A DNA stretch of 64,000 bases from Candidatus Omnitrophota bacterium (GTDB taxonomy: Bacteria; Omnitrophota; Omnitrophia; Omnitrophales; Aquincolibacteriaceae). The notes under the pieces were generated by a model. That model searched no databases and was not told the DNA's origin. It saw only the letters and a list, made by a program, of their open reading frames with translations. The DNA lies in assembly GCA_041674705.1 (NCBI GenBank), contig JBAYVF010000002.1, positions 78,330-142,329 of the forward strand, read 5' to 3'. The translations under genes and the position numbers were made by a program. This document shows, piece after piece, positions 15,001 through 18,189 of this stretch (position 1 is the first letter of the stretch; each line of letters starts with the position of its first letter).

Positions 15001-17542
15001 TCAGCCGGATGCTGAAGTCTTGGAACTCGCCCGGATCGTGGCGAATGATGTCCGGAAAACCCGGGAGGATTTCGTCCGTCAGGAACCGCCGATCCTTCCC
15101 AATATGCTGATGGAACCTTTTATGAAATTAATGGGCGCCTTGCGCGTGATCACCGAGGCAGAACAAATGGAGGACAAGCAGCGCTCCGAAGTGCGCTTGC
15201 CCGCCGACGCTTCAGTGGCGGGGGATGTTCAGGCGCAGTCAAAGGTACTTCCGGAACAGATCGTGTGGGTCAACGGGGTGGAGAGAAGCGGAGTTCCCAG
15301 GATCGCGGCGGTTCAGATGAAGGAAGAAAGTTTTGATGTAAATACGGAAAAGATGGCCGCTATGGTTCAGGAAATTAAAAGCCAATTTGGGGCCAACGCT
15401 CCGGCTCTTGTGATTTTTCCGGAGAGTATCGACAAGGTCCAGGGCCTCGACCGTTACACTCCTGAGAGAGAGCAGGTAAGAGAAAAAGCTTTGCGCGCCA
15501 TCGTGGAAAAAACCGGGATAGCTGTTGGCTATGGCCTTGAAAGGATCCCTCCGGCGGGGGCGGAGTACGCGACCGTTTCTTATATTGTTATCCAGCCCGA
15601 TAAAAAGGGAGAACCTGTCAAAACAGAATTTAAAAAGTTTGCGGAGGAGCATGAATCCCGCATCATCTCTTTAGGCCAGAATTTTAAAATAGCGTTTCTG
15701 ATCTGCGCGGAAAGTGAAACCGCGCTTCTTTCTTCTGTGTCCGCCCGCGGCGATCTTTCAAAGGCGGATCTCATTCTAGTTATTGCAAGCACCGACAAGT
15801 ATGAGGGAAATTTCTGGGCGTCCAAACTTTCGAAGAAGTTCGGAAATAAACCCGTCATGTTCCTGAATTTTAGCGGCGGGGACAAGTTGCAAAGGCCCGT
15901 ATCGCGCTATGTGGCCCCCGACCTTCAGGAAACCCTGTTGTCCGGCGAAGAAGGCGTCCTGATCGCCGATCTTTGGCTAAAAAAAGAAGAAACCAATCTT
16001 CCGATGGAGCCTAACTGGAATAATCCGGATCTTTTGGCAGGAGCTCGTGAAGCGTGGAACTATTTTTCGGAAGTGATCGATTGGACAATCGATGGAACCT
16101 CTCAGGAGCGAGTCTGGATGCTTAAACGAGATGGGAGTCTCGGAAAGCAGGAGATCGTTGATATGGTTTTTACGCATCTTTTTCACGTCGAGGTGTCCAT
16201 TATCGGGAGATGGCTGGAAAAGATCAAGGCGGGCGAGGATCCCTGGAAAACGGATGAAGAATTTTCCCAGATAGCCAAGAAACGCTTTGAGGGGGCAAAA
16301 AAAGGTTTTCGCGACAATCAGAAAACAACAAGGGCATTGCTTAACGCAGAGGTCGGGACGGATGCCGGGATTCTGAAACGGTGGAAGGGGACCCGGGATG
16401 AACCGGTGCCTTACCAGGCGCGCATTCCGTATCTTATGAATTTATCCTTTAATCCCGCATCTCCGCAGTGGCGGCCGAAGAACGATTATAGAAAATTCAA
16501 AACCGGTGTTGAAAAGATCCTGGAAGTCTGGCCCAAGGTCGAGCAGGCTGTTCAAGCCTATTTTGATTCTACGTCTGCTTCGCAACCTTCGACGCCGGAA
16601 GAATTTATCTCCACGCAAGGTTCTGAGCTGGCAGCAGAAACGGAAATAAAACAAATTTCTCCGCGCAGCGAAGTGCGGCTGCAGGAAGTGTATACGGGAG
16701 TTCTTAATACGGTGCTGCGGCAAAAGCCGGTACCGGACACTATGGCTCGTGAATTCACCCAAGAGGTCAAGGGAGTCGGCGTGGAGCCGGTGGTCCAGGG
16801 GCTTTGGAATGCTTTTAATAATATCGTTCTTCCTGAAGCGATGGCGGAAATGGCCGGTGGAACGGATGGTTTTGATACCCAGATGGCAGAAAGCATGAAC
16901 TTTCGAGCGGCACATCCGGAATATGAGACGCAATTGTCTGCCGCGACGCTTCAAAGTTTTGTACAAATGGAAAAAGATGCACGCAGTTATTTGGAGCAGG
17001 ATTCGAAGAATAGTCTTCACTTTGCTTTCGCCATGCGTCTGCCGTCTGAACAGTGGCTGCTGGCTTACCTCCGCGCGATTCAATCGTTGAAAAGCGCATT
17101 TGGTGACAGGGTGCGTGGCGATATCCGGATTCTAGCTCGCAGTGCCCAGCTCGATAAGGGGTTCGTGAAAACTGTTCAGCATTCTGGGTTTGCAGAGTTC
17201 GTGGAGCCGGACGGGAATGCCGCCGTTCAATTGGGTCGGTTCATGGGCGAACATCCCAACGCGCTTGCCTTTGACTTGCAGGGCATACTCAGTTCTCTTT
17301 ATGCGGAGAGGTCAGTGTTGTTGGAACGCGTGCTGTGGGAAGATGTGTATCCGATCGCGACCCCAATCGTTTTTCAAGCCGCTCAGGTAACGCAGATCAC
17401 GGCAGACCTTTTAAATAAGATCCCTCAAGTTCTTCCCGGGAATGCTGTGGCGTTCCGCAACGGCCAGCTTGTGGTCCTTGAAGCGGTCCGGCAGTTGATC
17501 CTTGAGGCGCAAGCCGGTCAGATTTTTGCACAAATGGCGTAA
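32..17542 (+). CDS. giant multidomain protein, 5836 aa from the first ATG; the frame stays open back to nt 2, so it is probably 5'-truncated by the window edge
   Basis: 17.5-kb uninterrupted ORF. Codons 2-31 upstream of the ATG contain no stop, and no SD motif precedes nt 32. Recognisable motifs: HAD ([26 protein letters not shown]), GT2 ([23 protein letters not shown]), TPR-like helices, one TM helix, J-domain (YHPDRNPG), CN hydrolase (VIFPES, K, FLICAES). All antisense ORFs in the track here are shadow ORFs. Confidence 0.92.
   Translation: [5836 protein letters not shown]
806..1385 (+). other. HAD-superfamily hydrolase-like domain within the giant ORF
   Basis: Motif I [13 protein letters not shown] (Asp codon at 821), motif II ILSDTN, motif [18 protein letters not shown]. 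Confidence 0.7.
1454..2200 (+). other. family-2 glycosyltransferase (GT-A fold) domain within the giant ORF
   Basis: IAIVTANFN...[10 protein letters not shown]...[11 protein letters not shown]...YFADNDTVL...[20 protein letters not shown]...[11 protein letters not shown] matches the classic GT2 layout. Confidence 0.8.
4458..4535 (+). repeat. two tandem 39-nt (13-aa) repeats inside the giant ORF
   Basis: tcgccgaggagcttcaggagttcgttgtgg versus tcgccgaggagtctcaggaattcgttgtcgg, encoding [13 protein letters not shown] / [13 protein letters not shown]. They lie just after a Lys/Pro/Ala-rich low-complexity tract (about 4260-4430). Confidence 0.7.
5190..5480 (+). other. TPR-like helical repeat region within the giant ORF
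   Basis: [54 protein letters not shown] resembles TPR consensus spacing. Judged by eye only. Confidence 0.4.
7266..7726 (+). repeat. internal paralogous module A (about 155 aa) of the giant ORF, ending in RRSEAR
   Basis: [86 protein letters not shown] aligns residue-for-residue with the copy at 12541-13018. Confidence 0.8.
12541..13018 (+). repeat. internal paralogous module A' (about 155 aa) of the giant ORF, ending in RRSEER
   Basis: [87 protein letters not shown] is a divergent duplicate of 7266-7726. Confidence 0.8.
13079..13150 (+). other. single predicted transmembrane helix of the giant ORF
   Basis: [25 protein letters not shown] follows directly after an RAEAR motif. It is the only long hydrophobic stretch I see in the protein. 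Confidence 0.5.
13622..13790 (+). other. DnaJ-type J-domain within the giant ORF
   Basis: [41 protein letters not shown], with the HPD tripeptide at nt 13706-13714. Confidence 0.8.
15296..15985 (+). other. carbon-nitrogen hydrolase (nitrilase superfamily) domain within the giant ORF
   Basis: [23 protein letters not shown]...ALVIFPES (Glu), KKFAEEHE (Lys), [11 protein letters not shown] (Cys) match the E-K-C triad layout. Confidence 0.65.
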
Positions 17543-17555
17543 CTATCATCACCAC

Positions 17556-17798
17556 GGCGGTCCTCGTCTGGCCTGTCTGCCTCGGCCGGTGTTCGGGCTG
17601 GGCAGGCCGCCGTTCTCACCTGGCCTGTTTGCCTCGGTCCAAACCTCAATTTTCTTTTCTTGAAGGTGGTTTGGACCGCCCCAATTTCATCTTCGTTGAA
17701 ATTGATAAGTATTGGGACGGCCGGTTTTTCGCCTGAAAAACAGGACGAATCCGTCCTTCGATTTTTTTGAATCGAAGGCGGATCGGGTTGGGCAGGCC
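17556..17798. repeat. structured spacer downstream of the giant ORF, with direct repeats and three strong hairpins
   Basis: Direct repeats: ctggcctgtYtgcctcgg at 17568-17585 and 17620-17637 (17/18), and cgggYtgggcaggcc at 17594-17608 and 17784-17798 (14/15). Hairpins: 17635-17645/17668-17678 (11 bp), 17724-17730/17735-17741 (7 bp), and 17751-17763/17770-17781 (12 bp, one bulge, U-rich loop). Confidence 0.6.
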
Positions 17799-17953
17799 CT
17801 GATCTCAGTCAAAAATTTTTAAAGGTTATCAGGACCAGTCCTGCCAACCATTAATTTTTCAATAAAGGCAGGGCAGGGCATTGCCATCGTTGCAGCCTTC
17901 CTCGAGCATATCGCCGCGGCGGAGCGGCAGCTGGCAACTGCAGCGTAATTGCT

Positions 17954-18052
17954 ATGCCGCAAGCCACATGCCACATGACTTTTCTTGTGGCCTTGTGCCT
18001 TTGTGGCGAGTGCCAGTGCCATTTTTAGTCTGAAGTCTGTGGTCTACAGTCC
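17954..18052. repeat. heptanucleotide arrays: (ATGCCRC)n facing an inverted GTGGC-type array, then (AGTCTGN)n
   Basis: atgccgc aagccac atgccac atga - tttt - cttgtggc cttgtgc ctttgtggc gagtgcc agtgcc (17954-18020), then agtctga agtctgt ggtctac agtcc (18027-18052). All have a 7-nt period. Confidence 0.55.
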
Positions 18053-18082
18053 ATGATGTGTGCTAATATATTTCCCCATGAG

Positions 18083-18189
18083 CCCCGTTAGATCTCTTGA
18101 TAGATTCCTGGCAAGAGATTCATAATAAAAGGGCTAGTTCTCAGGGCATTTGATTCTGGACATCATATAAATGGAGATCTAACGGGGTG
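18083..18189 (+). promoter_or_regulatory. metH leader with mutually exclusive helices, one sequestering the SD and start codon
   Basis: ccccgttagatctc (18083-18096) is the perfect reverse complement of gagatctaacgggg (18174-18187). The latter covers GGAG (18173-18176) and the first base of the GTG start (18187). A competing hairpin at 18091-18099/18112-18120 re-uses 18091-18096. Confidence 0.5.

Larger units (their letters stand above)
776..16678 (+). repeat. 17 dispersed in-frame copies of the pentapeptide motif R-[S/A]-E-x-R inside the giant ORF
   Basis: 15-nt motif starts at 776, 2459, 5057, 5915, 5945, 7046, 7712, 7790, 8552, 9926, 11027, 12062, 13004, 13064, 14597, 15182 and 16664, all in the ORF frame. 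Peptides in order: RSEVR, RSETR, RSEIR, RSEAR, QSEVR, RAEAR, RSEAR, RSEAR, RSESR, RSEVR, RSEAR, RSEVR, RSEER, RAEAR, RSEAR, RSEVR, RSEVR. Confidence 0.9.

Noticed and set aside
776-16678. Possibility that the recurring 15-mer CGCTCCGAAGYGCGG is a CRISPR-like or REP-like DNA repeat.
   Set aside because: Spacing is irregular (60 nt to 2.6 kb), and every copy is in frame within one ORF. Synonymous codon variation (TCN versus AGY Ser) points to peptide-level conservation. The 4-bp stem it could form (CGCT/AGCG) is lost in several copies.
98-17390. Dozens of 60-300-aa ORFs in the track, on the minus strand or in other plus-strand frames inside the giant gene (for example 98-847, 2654-3556, 6008-6739, 11894-12508, 16442-17083).
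   Set aside because: All lie entirely within the 17.5-kb ORF. They have Arg/Ser/Pro/Gly-rich shadow composition and no motifs or RBS. They are explained as antisense or off-frame shadows of a GC-moderate coding region.
17819-18022. 67-aa minus-strand ORF in the spacer before metH.
   Set aside because: It is made of heptad-repeat DNA (an Ala/Cys/His-rich translation), and it has no RBS.
17880-18186. Cobalamin, SAM-I or SAH riboswitch upstream of metH.
   Set aside because: I could not find a B12 box (GCCACTG-type), S-box or SAH consensus by eye. Only the generic SD-sequestering architecture is reported. A covariance-model scan is needed.
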